From IMG/VR virus record IMGVR_UViG_3300030385_002649, positions 186,001 to 250,000 of that record: a DNA stretch of 64,000 nucleotides; one strand, given 5' to 3'. This document shows positions 9,896-20,100 of this stretch, in pieces. Each line of letters starts with the position of its first letter. Within the stretch, counting starts at the first letter, position 1. The notes beneath the pieces were generated by a model. That model saw only the letters and a list, made by a program, of their open reading frames with translations. It ran no database searches and had not been told where the DNA came from. Made by a program: the position numbers and the translations under genes.

Positions 9896-10719
9896 TAGCC
9901 TCTTGGGCTAGTTTTGATTGCTCCAAAACTTTCACGAGTATCAAGATCTTCTAGAGAGGTAACGCGCCCCAAGACGGTCGGCGTTATCCTGCCAGGCAAT
10001 GGTATCCAGCCCTCTATTGTAATATTGATGTCATATCGCACTTTAGCCAATTGATTAGCGTCAATATCGATATCACTACTATCAGTAGCTCCTTCAAAAG
10101 AAGCGTGAATGTCTCCACACATATATTCGTCTTCAACAACCCACCTGGCTAGAGGATTAAACCTCGGGATGATCTGCCAAGCGATATATTCAACGTCTCT
10201 TTTTCTTTCTCCCCAGATCGACAAAGCATAATCTATCAGAAGTGGATACTCTCTTGGACTTTGGATCATCCTGGTTCCATCTTTATCCGCAAATCGGCGA
10301 TAGAAATAATGACCAGCTTCAGCTGGTGTACTTCTTTCCGGATTAAACCTCCATCCCGTTCGGTTGATGGATATTACAGGCAATTTTATTCTGCCCGACT
10401 GGAGGTCTTGTTCCCACACCAAAATGGACTTGTCACCCCCTGCTATCCTAACAGGCACTTTCGTACTTCTCGCACCATCCTTTGAAGGCACCACGATGTC
10501 AGAGAAGTACTTCTTAACACCCATATCCATCGTATCGGCTAAAGCAACGAAGTCTCTAACATCTTCAGTAGCGATATTAGTTTCTTGATCGAAAGATTCT
10601 GTATTGACACGATCCAAGTTAGGTTGGCCTACTTGGTCAACAGGAACAACAGGGTTGAGTTCGTTCTGAACTCCAGCGTCGTTGTTTTTAGGACTAAAAT
10701 CGAAATTATGAATCGGCAT
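9895..10719 (-). CDS. tail terminator / sheath stabiliser (gp15-like)
   Basis: GRIKLPVISINRT, P.LIDYALSIW, QIIPRFNP, ITIEGWIP. Confidence 0.75.
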   Translation of the reverse strand: MPIHNFDFSPKNNDAGVQNELNPVVPVDQVGQPNLDRVNTESFDQETNIATEDVRDFVALADTMDMGVKKYFSDIVVPSKDGARSTKVPVRIAGGDKSILVWEQDLQSGRIKLPVISINRTGWRFNPERSTPAEAGHYFYRRFADKDGTRMIQSPREYPLLIDYALSIWGERKRDVEYIAWQIIPRFNPLARWVVEDEYMCGDIHASFEGATDSSDIDIDANQLAKVRYDINITIEGWIPLPGRITPTVLGRVTSLEDLDTRESFGAIKTSPRG

Positions 10720-11041
10720 CTAGGTTACGTTTGATGCCTAGATCCTTAAAAACTCCGCTGCCATATAATTCATCATATCTTAACAAACGGTCGTCTTCAT
10801 CGGAAAGTTCAAGTGTGATTTTCTTGTCGTCTGACTTCATCGTATTCAAGATTTCAGCGGGGTTAGAAGTCACTCCGTCTAGTCCCGACTTAGTAAGCTT
10901 CACGTTTGCCGCTCTGGCCACTCTGGAAGCTTCATTAGACAATAAAATGCTTGTGATCTCTTTTTTTTTCTCTTCTAGAGCTTCTGCCCCAGCTTCTTCC
11001 ATCACAGAATCTAAAAAATCCAAAAGGTCTTTTTCAATCAT
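10706..11041 (-). CDS. hypothetical protein
   Basis: coupled ORF in the neck/tail operon. Confidence 0.6.
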   Translation of the reverse strand: MIEKDLLDFLDSVMEEAGAEALEEKKKEITSILLSNEASRVARAANVKLTKSGLDGVTSNPAEILNTMKSDDKKITLELSDEDDRLLRYDELYGSGVFKDLGIKRNLDADS

Positions 11042-11649
11042 CTTGGGCCTGAATGTGGTAAGTGAGTGACTCTAGTAGCTTCGTCGCCGGTCATCAATTC
11101 GCAAGTTGCGGTATAATAGAGCCAACGATACTGAAACATCCCAGAATCATAAGCATTTAGAACTCTAAATCTGGCTGGACCTTGTAGTTTCGGAGCATTA
11201 TAAGGAACTTCGACGACATCATGGATGGATATTAGTTGGTCGAAACCGACGGCTTTACCCAAAATTGCTCTTGCGAAGACGACAGTGATCTGCAATGGAG
11301 AGTCAACACCCCATCGTGTCAGTTCAACATTAAGAGCATCGACCTTAAACCAAGCTTTCATGGTCATAGCTGGCCTATAGATCGGGTCCGCGTCCTCGTC
11401 CCATGGATTTTCTAGGTCGTCACGATCAATATATGGTTCTTTAATAAACAGTTTCACAAAAGCACCGGATATGTTAATCGTTTCCTCGGCTATTCTTTCC
11501 GCGAACGCTAAGTCTGGCTTAGCATGGTTATAGACAGCTAGAGGAGTATGAAGTTTATCAATATCAGATCTAAAATCGGGAATCTGATCGATAGTTTCAA
11601 ATCGCTCGTCGTCTTCGTTAAATGTTCTATGAAAGTCGTAGAAAGGAAT
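11038..11649 (-). CDS. neck/head completion protein (gp14-like), probably starting at ATT
   Basis: frame is open 64 codons upstream of the annotated GTG (IPFYDF...AEETINISGAFVKLF); WDEDADP and LTRWGVDS motifs. Confidence 0.65.
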   Translation of the reverse strand: MPFYDFHRTFNEDDERFETIDQIPDFRSDIDKLHTPLAVYNHAKPDLAFAERIAEETINISGAFVKLFIKEPYIDRDDLENPWDEDADPIYRPAMTMKAWFKVDALNVELTRWGVDSPLQITVVFARAILGKAVGFDQLISIHDVVEVPYNAPKLQGPARFRVLNAYDSGMFQYRWLYYTATCELMTGDEATRVTHLPHSGPR

Positions 11650-11651
11650 GA

Positions 11652-14600
11652 TTAACTCTCTAGAGGGCTCCTAATATCGCAACCAGCGTCTGCCGGTGAA
11701 GCCTCTTTTTTATCTTTGAAGGCTTTATTAACAATCTCTAGTGCTTCATCCTCATACTTCGGATTTGTGTTTAATGCCTTCAAACCTTGCAATACTTTAT
11801 TAAGGTTGTCTGTATCCATTCCAGTACCAGGATAGACCAGCCCGTCTAAAGTGTCGTCAGGCCCGTAATTATTAAACTTGGCTGACCAATCGAAAACCGA
11901 GGGCGCAATTTCCCTAAGTGACTTATACACATTAGATTTCGACCATCTAGACTTAGAAGCCCCTCCTTCATGCTCCAACGTCGTTTTTACCATCTTCTGG
12001 ATTTCTAAGAAAATCAACGATTCTAAACACTTTTCGTCTTGCTGAACCTCTTCTTCCGAGATTTCCCCTGTCTTCATCTTCCAAATCGCCAAGGCGACAT
12101 GGTTCTTAATGTCGAAGCTTCTCTGGGCGATCAATTCTTCTGGTTTGTCGTATTTCTTGTAGCGATTTAGACGTTGTTTTTCTCTGTTAATCCGCTTCTT
12201 ATAAGCCGGATCTCTTAACTTGAACATGCTTTTATCAAGAATAACGACAACTTCGGTCAAAAACTCCTCAAGAAGAGCGACCATTTTTTGGTTCCCAGTA
12301 GATTTAGCAATCTTGATCAACGCTTTGAGTTCTTCAACAGTAATCTCTAAATAACGGATGGGTAGCCATTCTCCGGCGTAAGTGTCATCGCCAATAAGTG
12401 TTTTCAACTTAACATCAGCAACTTCCTTTTGGAGTTTTTCTTCTTTTGATTTCTCAGCCTCAAGACGATTCTGGTATTTGGCGGTTATAAAATCTGGTAC
12501 CATCCATCTGTAGCCCATAGAAAGCTTGAGCGCGAAATGCGGAGTAGCATCAGGAGAGTCTAAATCTCTCCAAATTTCCTCAATCGAGTTAGCCCTATTT
12601 AATAAACTTTCTCTCTTATAGAGCTTGGTGCTAAGTCTCTTCTTGTCGTTTATATGGTCTCCCCAGTCCTTTGGCATGCTAAAGATATGTGAATTGCGCA
12701 TGGTTTCGAGGCCGTCCATGATTTTGATATAATTTGTGATATATTTTGGCATACTCTCATGGTCAGTATAACCATTGTCTTTAAAGACCTTCAACACTCT
12801 TTCTAGCTCATTAATGATTTGGCCTTTTTGTTCGAAGTCTCCTTCTTGTTTTTTAATATTCTTCAAGCCTTCTGCGATCTTAGCCACAAAGCTTACGTCT
12901 TTTACCCATTTAGGAAGGCTCTGAAGAGTGTCCTTTGGGATTCTGTCATATTCACCAATTGCCATAGCCAAAAAGGGCTCGGGCATGTTAATTCTTTCTA
13001 AGTGCTGCACAATCCTAAAAACAGCGGCCCCTTCACGAACAGCAGAAAATGGTGGTTGGGAGGGGCTCAAAAGCTCACCCTCTAGCTCTTGTACTTCTTT
13101 TTCATCATCGCCAGAGGTCAGATTTTGTAAATAACCTGGTTCTACTACATAATCCCAAATCTTGGCATGTAAGTCTTTGCTACCTGTTTTTCCGAATCGT
13201 CCTTGATCGTCTGGGTCGGGCTCGTTTTCTTCTAAAGCCCAAGCATTAGGATCGATCCTCATGCCACTGCGAATGATCTTTTCTTTAATCTTCCGCATTA
13301 TTACTTCATAAACGCCAAAAGTCGAATCATTTTTATAAGCCGGGTCTGCGCCTATGGCGTCATAAACTTTATCGACATCAAGATCCAAGTTGTACGGATC
13401 AATAGTCGGCCATTCTGCTACCTTACTCAGCATCCCAGATCTGTACTTCTCTCCGGGCCAATCTAGCCTTGGAGTCCGAGTTTCAATCTTAATAACTGCC
13501 GTAGAAGAAGCAACATTAGCTGAGCCTTTAGCGAGTGGGCCTTTTGTTAGATGGTCTACTTTAGCTGGCACTGGATATTTTATCTCTTTAGCTGCTCCGC
13601 TCGATCCCCTGGTTTCCCCTTTTTCTGTTTTTAGGGTCCCAATTTTATCATATGATATCTCGCCACCATCAGTGACAAATTTTGGTTCTTCACGTTCAAA
13701 GCCATCATAGGCTTCAACGTTTTCAGGGCTGATCATCATAAGGTCTTCGAGGTCGTTTAACGCCTCCCAGACAGCCCTGAATATCTTATCAAAAGGCGTT
13801 AAGTTCTGTTGTTTCTTGTTAGAATCATGGCCAGGGTGAGCAGAATAACCTGACTCGTTAGCCCAATACCAGGCGTCAACATAACCGTTATCACATTCCG
13901 CGCATTTTTCGACGCCATCATAACCAACTCCTTGCTGGTCTGGGTCTCCGTGACAATGAGGACAGACTCCTAAAGCACGACCTTTAGCTGATTTACTAAG
14001 ATCTGGGGACACGCCAGTCATGTTAGCATCTTCCATGCCAGAAATCACTACCCAAAACCAATTAGGCTTTTGAGCGTTTTTATCTCCACGCAGATGTTTT
14101 TGATATTCAGCTTTTGCCTGCTCGGCCAAGTCTTTTGGAGTTGGCCTAACGTCCCCTTTTTCTCTTGGAAGGTCTAGAATGTTGCGTGGTTCTACGCCCT
14201 GTGTACCGGAGTCTACTTCCAAGCTTCTCACTTGAGCTTTACGGCGCGACAGGGATCGCTTCCTATCCATGTCGATTTGTGCTTTTGAGAGCTTGTCTAC
14301 AATTTCTCTGTGAACATTGAGATAATCATTGTTAGATTGGGAGGCAACAATGCCCAATTTTAAGAATAAGCTTTGAAAGTAAACCACTGATTCTTTCTGC
14401 TTAGATGCATTTTCGAACCATTCGATGAATTCTTTAGGACTAACAGAGTAATCTAGCCCGTCTCTAGCGGCGACTGGCATCAGAGCGCGCACAGCAACCA
14501 TCACTACGCTGTTCTTGTCGAACAGGAGGCTAATGTCCTGAAGCTTTCCTCCTACGACGTATTCCTCACCTTCGCCGACCTCATTATCGTAGTATTCATC

Positions 14601-15392
14601 AAGATTAGCGAAAATTTCTGCCACTAAGTTGACTGTTTCGTTAACAGTCTGGTCGATGTGTTCTTTTCTAAGAACGTTTACCACATATGCGTTGAGTTTT
14701 TTCCATTGAGCTTCGTCCCAATCATTTACCGCTTCACCAATTTCAGATGGATCTCCAATGCCTTCTACTCTAGAGACTTCTTGGAAAATAGCTCGTGCTG
14801 CAACATAAGCTGGATCATAATTGTCCGCTACAAATGGGTGCCATTCTTTTCGGTACTTGCCATATTCTGGGTCATTTGCATTGCGTTGTTCCCCAGTGCA
14901 TATCGCGTGGATTTTTTGCATGTTGGAACTACTAAGCTGAACTATTGACTCTAGTTCAGCGTCTGTGATAGCGGCATTGTTCCATCTCGCTTTAGCTACA
15001 ACAGAGAACTTTTCGAAATTAGCTTTATTCGTCTCGGTAGCGTTTTTCTTCTCTTCTCGTTCTACTTCAGATCTTATATCAACAAGTTCGCTACTCCATT
15101 TCGCCATGATCGCGCGAGGAATCTTGACGCCGAGCTGGTCAACGTGTGCTCTGATCGGCTGGTTTTTTCTTTCTCCTCCGAAGATGGAGTCCATTTGTCT
15201 TTCTGTTTTTGATGATTTCTGAGCATCCAACAGCATAGGGCGATCACTCTTTGGGTCGGCGATCCTGTATGCACTTTTAACGTCCACATCTTCGTATGGG
15301 GAGTAAATGTTGATGATTGCTAGAAGACGATCATTTTTGTCTTCTAGCAATAGCTTTCCTAGGTGTTTGCCTAGATGCTCAGAAAATTCCAT
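11652..15392 (-). CDS. large hypothetical protein with CxxC-CxxC zinc motif
   Basis: 1246 aa; CPHCHG...CAECDNG; no other domain recognised. Confidence 0.75.
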   Translation of the reverse strand: MEFSEHLGKHLGKLLLEDKNDRLLAIINIYSPYEDVDVKSAYRIADPKSDRPMLLDAQKSSKTERQMDSIFGGERKNQPIRAHVDQLGVKIPRAIMAKWSSELVDIRSEVEREEKKNATETNKANFEKFSVVAKARWNNAAITDAELESIVQLSSSNMQKIHAICTGEQRNANDPEYGKYRKEWHPFVADNYDPAYVAARAIFQEVSRVEGIGDPSEIGEAVNDWDEAQWKKLNAYVVNVLRKEHIDQTVNETVNLVAEIFANLDEYYDNEVGEGEEYVVGGKLQDISLLFDKNSVVMVAVRALMPVAARDGLDYSVSPKEFIEWFENASKQKESVVYFQSLFLKLGIVASQSNNDYLNVHREIVDKLSKAQIDMDRKRSLSRRKAQVRSLEVDSGTQGVEPRNILDLPREKGDVRPTPKDLAEQAKAEYQKHLRGDKNAQKPNWFWVVISGMEDANMTGVSPDLSKSAKGRALGVCPHCHGDPDQQGVGYDGVEKCAECDNGYVDAWYWANESGYSAHPGHDSNKKQQNLTPFDKIFRAVWEALNDLEDLMMISPENVEAYDGFEREEPKFVTDGGEISYDKIGTLKTEKGETRGSSGAAKEIKYPVPAKVDHLTKGPLAKGSANVASSTAVIKIETRTPRLDWPGEKYRSGMLSKVAEWPTIDPYNLDLDVDKVYDAIGADPAYKNDSTFGVYEVIMRKIKEKIIRSGMRIDPNAWALEENEPDPDDQGRFGKTGSKDLHAKIWDYVVEPGYLQNLTSGDDEKEVQELEGELLSPSQPPFSAVREGAAVFRIVQHLERINMPEPFLAMAIGEYDRIPKDTLQSLPKWVKDVSFVAKIAEGLKNIKKQEGDFEQKGQIINELERVLKVFKDNGYTDHESMPKYITNYIKIMDGLETMRNSHIFSMPKDWGDHINDKKRLSTKLYKRESLLNRANSIEEIWRDLDSPDATPHFALKLSMGYRWMVPDFITAKYQNRLEAEKSKEEKLQKEVADVKLKTLIGDDTYAGEWLPIRYLEITVEELKALIKIAKSTGNQKMVALLEEFLTEVVVILDKSMFKLRDPAYKKRINREKQRLNRYKKYDKPEELIAQRSFDIKNHVALAIWKMKTGEISEEEVQQDEKCLESLIFLEIQKMVKTTLEHEGGASKSRWSKSNVYKSLREIAPSVFDWSAKFNNYGPDDTLDGLVYPGTGMDTDNLNKVLQGLKALNTNPKYEDEALEIVNKAFKDKKEASPADAGCDIRSPLES

Positions 15393-15797
15393 TTAGAAAA
15401 TGCCTTTTAGAGGAAATGCGCTGCAAATTTCCCCAACTGACCTCGGTTTGTCTAGTCTAGCGTTGTTGCAACTCAAGTTATCTACTCCAATCTCGCTTCC
15501 GATATCTCTGAGTTTCTGATACCAGTCTTCTCTTTTGCAACTAGACTGACCACAAATGTCTGGGGATGGAGGGGGCCCATCTGGTAGAACAAAGAATTTC
15601 CGCCTCGGGTTGCTCATATAAATTACAGTCGAGCCAGTTACGGCTTCAAGAGCGTCAGCTAAGTCTACTACAGTAGCGTTGCAGTCCCGATTCTCTGCTA
15701 AAGAGTTGCTTGTGAACGCGCTGACTGGTTCGCATCCTGGCACTAGGATTTTGTTCCCGGCTAGGACTTCGATCTTGTTTTTAATGCTAATGGTCAC
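15393..15797 (-). CDS. Cys-containing hypothetical protein
   Basis: 134-aa coupled ORF. Confidence 0.6.
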   Translation of the reverse strand: MTISIKNKIEVLAGNKILVPGCEPVSAFTSNSLAENRDCNATVVDLADALEAVTGSTVIYMSNPRRKFFVLPDGPPPSPDICGQSSCKREDWYQKLRDIGSEIGVDNLSCNNARLDKPRSVGEICSAFPLKGIF

Positions 15798-16257
15798 TAA
15801 TAGTCCTAAATATTTTTCTTAAGTCGATTTTGAGATTTTTCAAAGCCGCAACGCCCTTATAGACGGTCCGAGATTCCATACTTAACAATTCGCTAATTTC
15901 TTCTGGAACTTCGATAGCCATCTTGTTATTGTCGAAAATCGACACCGACATTTTTATAGATTTTTCAAACACAGTGTTCTTAGGGTGAATATTTAAAATC
16001 GCCGCCCCACCTTCTTGAAAATCGCCCATATAACTTGGCGCAGTGTTGGCTTTATAATTGGTTTCTACGTGCCGTTTGAGACGATTCAGAAGAACGTTAA
16101 GGCGTTTGGCGATCTTAACGTTATATTCGGACGCCATTTTCTCTATTTCTCCGGTCATCCGAGGAGCCGGGTTCTTATCTAGAGGGCTAGATTTCTCTAT
16201 TAGAAAAGCGTCGCGAAACAGATCGAAATCGGAAACATTAAAATCATCAACAGGCAT
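15787..16257 (-). CDS. hypothetical protein
   Basis: 156 aa; TAAATATA and SD-like AGGTGG upstream. Confidence 0.65.
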   Translation of the reverse strand: MPVDDFNVSDFDLFRDAFLIEKSSPLDKNPAPRMTGEIEKMASEYNVKIAKRLNVLLNRLKRHVETNYKANTAPSYMGDFQEGGAAILNIHPKNTVFEKSIKMSVSIFDNNKMAIEVPEEISELLSMESRTVYKGVAALKNLKIDLRKIFRTISDH

Positions 16258-16278
16258 ATTTTTCCACCTATTGTATAT

Positions 16279-17064
16279 TTACCAAAGGATAATTGGCAAA
16301 GGTTCCCCAAGATTTAAGGCTTCTTGGACAATTTCTTTTTTCTCATCGCGGCCTTCAGTGACCAAATCACCGCCGTCAAGCTGGATAGAACCACCGTCAG
16401 GGCCTGGAATGCCGTTTAGTTTCCTTCTGGCGTGCCCAAGAGCGATTTTCATTTCTGCCAAGAATGCTCGATATGTGAGGTCTTGGGCCTGTGGTGATCT
16501 AAATGTCGTGACCGATGGCAGGTATTCTACAATCACCGGAAAGCTACCTTTAGGTACAGGAAACAACTTAATCGTCCCGCCGTAGTTCTGGCCGACACCA
16601 TTGTCACTATCAGCTTCTCCGTGGCCCACCTTGAATTCCCATTGGCCCTCATTACCAAGGATTCTCTGGCTAAATTTTCTATAAGACTGGAGCATATGGT
16701 AATCCAGAAGCATGTTCTGAACCCCACTGATGTTTCCAATGTTAAAAAGGAAAGACTCGGCTCCAAAAATGTCATCGAGTCTTGTGGTGCTTGGGTCCCA
16801 CGAGACTTTTCTGATCCAATAGGCGTCAGCTGGGATCGGATACTCAGACTGAAGCGGCTGAGTCATGAAAAAAGCGTATCTCTCCTCTAACGGGAAGTAA
16901 TGAGCAATGAAGTTGCCAGTCGTCTTTAAGACTTGCTCCATTTGTTGTTCCATCAATTCAACTAGAACCACCGGGTGCCCTAGCTGACTAAGAGCATGAA
17001 ACTTTAATGGATTAGAATTAATTTTAAGAACAATTGGTAGTTGTTCGTTAGAAAGTATAGCCAT
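16279..17064 (-). CDS. neck protein (gp13-like)
   Basis: LGHPVVLVEL, K..LGHARRKL.GIPGPDGGSIQLDGGDL; start placed at MAILS. Confidence 0.85.
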   Translation of the reverse strand: MAILSNEQLPIVLKINSNPLKFHALSQLGHPVVLVELMEQQMEQVLKTTGNFIAHYFPLEERYAFFMTQPLQSEYPIPADAYWIRKVSWDPSTTRLDDIFGAESFLFNIGNISGVQNMLLDYHMLQSYRKFSQRILGNEGQWEFKVGHGEADSDNGVGQNYGGTIKLFPVPKGSFPVIVEYLPSVTTFRSPQAQDLTYRAFLAEMKIALGHARRKLNGIPGPDGGSIQLDGGDLVTEGRDEKKEIVQEALNLGEPLPIILW

Positions 17065-17125
17065 AAACAATATTTGATTAAATATATCGTATACCAAGCT
17101 GGTATTTAATCATTAGGACTAAAAC

Positions 17126-18580
17126 ATGTATAAAAGAGAGGCCGTAAAATGCGGCGTTTGCAACACAATCAAAACATTAGCATGCAGAAGCATCAAAAAA
17201 GCGATCAAAAAACACGGCGTGTATATGTGTCAATCATGTGTTATGAAACAACCAAAGTTTTCAAAAGCAAATAGCGATCGAGTTAAAAAACGATTTGAAA
17301 CACAAGAGTCTAGAGAAGAACTTAGTAAAAAAATCAAAGAATATTATGAAGACCCAGCCGCCAGAAAAAAGGCGTCAGCAAATAGCAAGAAATTGTGGCA
17401 GAATAGTGATTATAGAGCAACTCAAATAGCTTCAACGCAACAAAGTTGGCAAGATGAAGCTTATAAGAACAAAGTAACTGAAGGCGTAAAAAAAAGCTGG
17501 ACTGACGAAAGGAAAAGAAAACAGTCAGACATCACAAAAAAATTGTGGGAAGACGTCGATTACCAATTGAAACGAGACGCTGGGATGCGCAAAAGCTATA
17601 CTCCTTATCGTCGAAAACAATTATCATTACAATCAAAGAAATTGTGGCAAAATCCGAAATACCGATCTAAATTAGCCTCGTCTATGGTTGGCGTAACCAC
17701 TAGCGTGTTAGACAATACGATAATAAGTTTGGCGAAAAGGCTAGGCTACGAGGCAGAACCAATTGCTATTGGGCCGTGGACATTTGATGCATTGATCGAG
17801 CATAATAATAAGAAATTGCTAGTAGAGTGTCAAGGTGATTATTATCACAACAAACCAGAAAGAATGATTAGAGACAAACAAAAGCGCACATATTATGACA
17901 ATCACTTGTCGGACCAATATGATTTACTAATAATATGGGAACATGAATTCTATTGCATAGGGAGAATATCCGATTTATTAAAAAACCAATTCTATGAAAA
18001 AGTCAAACCAGTCTGTTTCAATCTAAGAGATCTGGTTATTGAAATTGTTGATCATAACATAGCGAAAAAATTCTATAACCAGTTTCATTACTTAAAAAAA
18101 TATCGAAGCGGCCCATTAAATATTGCGGCTAAATTGGATGGCGCAATAGTCGCTGTAATATCCTTCAGCAGCCCGACAAGAAAAGAAAGCCAAACTAGGC
18201 TTGGATTAGAAAACGGCGAATTGTTAGAGTTAGTCAGAATGTGTGTCAACCCGCAATTTCAAAACAAAAACCTGTTAAGTTTTTTGTTGTCTAAAACCGT
18301 TAAGACGATAAGATCTAACACTAAGGTCAAAGCCATAATAACGTTCGCAGACACAACGCTAGGACATACCGGAGCCGCTTATAAAGCCTCCAATTTCAAA
18401 TTCGACGGCGAGGCCAAACCAACATATTGGTACATCGACCAAAACGGATATTATAGACACAAAAAAACTGTTTGGGATCAAGCGAACAGGCTTGGGAAAA
18501 AAGAGATAGAATATGCCAATTATTGTAAATTGACTAAAGTTAAAGGCAAAAAACTTTTAAGATTTATCTACAGACTATAG
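17126..18580 (+). CDS. putative homing endonuclease: NUMOD-like repeats + Vsr/DUF559-like nuclease + Mom-like GNAT domain
   Basis: repeated SKKLWQ; D...LVECQGDYYH...IWEHE; FHYL...ELVRMC...ITFADTTLGHTGAAYKASNF; AT-rich and inverted. Confidence 0.75.
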   Translation: MYKREAVKCGVCNTIKTLACRSIKKAIKKHGVYMCQSCVMKQPKFSKANSDRVKKRFETQESREELSKKIKEYYEDPAARKKASANSKKLWQNSDYRATQIASTQQSWQDEAYKNKVTEGVKKSWTDERKRKQSDITKKLWEDVDYQLKRDAGMRKSYTPYRRKQLSLQSKKLWQNPKYRSKLASSMVGVTTSVLDNTIISLAKRLGYEAEPIAIGPWTFDALIEHNNKKLLVECQGDYYHNKPERMIRDKQKRTYYDNHLSDQYDLLIIWEHEFYCIGRISDLLKNQFYEKVKPVCFNLRDLVIEIVDHNIAKKFYNQFHYLKKYRSGPLNIAAKLDGAIVAVISFSSPTRKESQTRLGLENGELLELVRMCVNPQFQNKNLLSFLLSKTVKTIRSNTKVKAIITFADTTLGHTGAAYKASNFKFDGEAKPTYWYIDQNGYYRHKKTVWDQANRLGKKEIEYANYCKLTKVKGKKLLRFIYRL

Positions 18581-18584
18581 ATTA

Positions 18585-19148
18585 TTATCTTGGGAAACTC
18601 CTTGCGCCTTGTTTCTTCGTGCCGTACTTCACGCCATTATATTCAATAGCAATAACGTCTTGTTCGGAGAATTCGGTTGTACCAGCGGCAAGATCCATTC
18701 TCAGTTCTTTCACTTCCGCGTCTACAACCGAAGTTGTGTCTTGTCCAGAAGCGAGGGAACCGCCTTTGTTAACTTGGACCACCGAGGTCTTCTCGTCTGG
18801 GTCTGTTCCACTATGAATGACGCTGATGTCCGTAGTCGGAGCTTCGTTCGTTCTGAGATCAGCGTTCCTATATTTTGTTACGAATCCTACAATTGTAAGC
18901 CTAGCTTCATAATCGCCAATTTGAGGCGTGAATGCTAATGGGGTCGCAATATTGAAACCAGCAGTGATCAAATCGACCTCCGCTCTTAGAGCTTTTTTCT
19001 CAATATTGCGGATGATTTCAATCCGCTTGCCAGAGGTTCTGCTTGGAACAATTCTAATATGAGCCACGAACGGCACATGAATGGCATCTCTGGCGGCTGA
19101 TGGCGAAGACGACGAGGCCGCCGCGTGATTCATTGACAGTTTTGGCAT
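18585..19148 (-). CDS. hypothetical late protein
   Basis: 187 aa; CAAATATA and GGAG upstream. Confidence 0.65.
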   Translation of the reverse strand: MPKLSMNHAAASSSSPSAARDAIHVPFVAHIRIVPSRTSGKRIEIIRNIEKKALRAEVDLITAGFNIATPLAFTPQIGDYEARLTIVGFVTKYRNADLRTNEAPTTDISVIHSGTDPDEKTSVVQVNKGGSLASGQDTTSVVDAEVKELRMDLAAGTTEFSEQDVIAIEYNGVKYGTKKQGARSFPR

Positions 19149-19180
19149 GGTTTACTCCAATAATATATTTGATATAGATT

Positions 19181-19209
19181 GGCAGGCCGTCCAAAACGAA
19201 CGGCCTGCC
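19181..19209. terminator. GC-rich stem-loop
   Basis: GGCAGGCCGT-N9-ACGGCCTGCC perfect inverted repeat; no clear U-tract. Confidence 0.5.
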
Positions 19210-19241
19210 GGGGAGGAGGTGGAGATGTGTGTTTTTTAGAC

Positions 19242-19655
19242 TTAAACGCCGGTTGTGCCGTCAGGCAACAGAGGCGTCAGAACGTCACGAGTGTCCTGGT
19301 GAAGGTCATCGTTAAGCGCACCATCTGCCTTGTTGAGGAAGCGGTCTTGTCCAATAACGACTGGGAAGTCGAGAGAACCAATACCGGCAACTGCCTCTGG
19401 CAAGGATACGACTGGCTTGAGCCCACGAACGATTGGAAGTCCTGTTCCACGTCCCTCTTGGAGGGCTGTGGTTACGACATCCGAATTGGCATCGACTGCT
19501 CTATAAGTAAGGTCTAGCGTCTCACGAGCTGGAATGCTCATTACTTGACCGCGTAGACGATTCACTAGTCCGTGAACGTTAGCGTGGCGCAAGTTTTGAC
19601 GGTAGGAACGCACGCGTCTCTTGACTAAAATGTCAACGTTTGCTGGTTGTGGCAT
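19242..19655 (-). CDS. hypothetical (possible abundant virion) protein
   Basis: AGGAG SD upstream, downstream hairpin. Confidence 0.6.
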   Translation of the reverse strand: MPQPANVDILVKRRVRSYRQNLRHANVHGLVNRLRGQVMSIPARETLDLTYRAVDANSDVVTTALQEGRGTGLPIVRGLKPVVSLPEAVAGIGSLDFPVVIGQDRFLNKADGALNDDLHQDTRDVLTPLLPDGTTGV

Positions 19656-19657
19656 GT

Positions 19658-19879
19658 TTATCTCCTAGGTGGTTTCGCACCACTATTTAAAGTATTTTTG
19701 CGAGAAATCGCAGTTTTGTTGAAATTCCTAGGTTCAGCAAGTACACCCTTGTGGACCACGATAGGCATTCCGTTCGAAACATTAACAGGGGTCAATGCAC
19801 TTCTTCCTACATTTACTGCATGGGGGCTCAGTCCGAAACCGGCACCAAATAAAGCAGTAGTTGTAGGAATGACGTTCAA
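19658..19879 (-). CDS. small hypothetical protein
   Basis: coupled ORF. Confidence 0.5.
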   Translation of the reverse strand: MNVIPTTTALFGAGFGLSPHAVNVGRSALTPVNVSNGMPIVVHKGVLAEPRNFNKTAISRKNTLNSGAKPPRR

Positions 19880-20097
19880 AGCAACCCTTTCAATCTTCCA
19901 ATTCTAGTTTTGCTCCGATGTTTAACAATTAGATTACTTCCCTTCCGTGACTTTAATTTCTTCTTAGCGGACAATCTGGTAGAATTGGGTGTCAGAAGCT
20001 TCTTCATCTTCTGACGATCATCCAATTCTCGCATAAAGCGATGATAGTCCAGTTTAACATGTTTTCTAAACCATCTACTAAAGGGCTCAGTCGTCAA
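19876..20097 (-). CDS. small basic hypothetical protein
   Basis: coupled ORF. Confidence 0.5.
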   Translation of the reverse strand: MTTEPFSRWFRKHVKLDYHRFMRELDDRQKMKKLLTPNSTRLSAKKKLKSRKGSNLIVKHRSKTRIGRLKGLL

Positions 20098-20100
20098 TTA

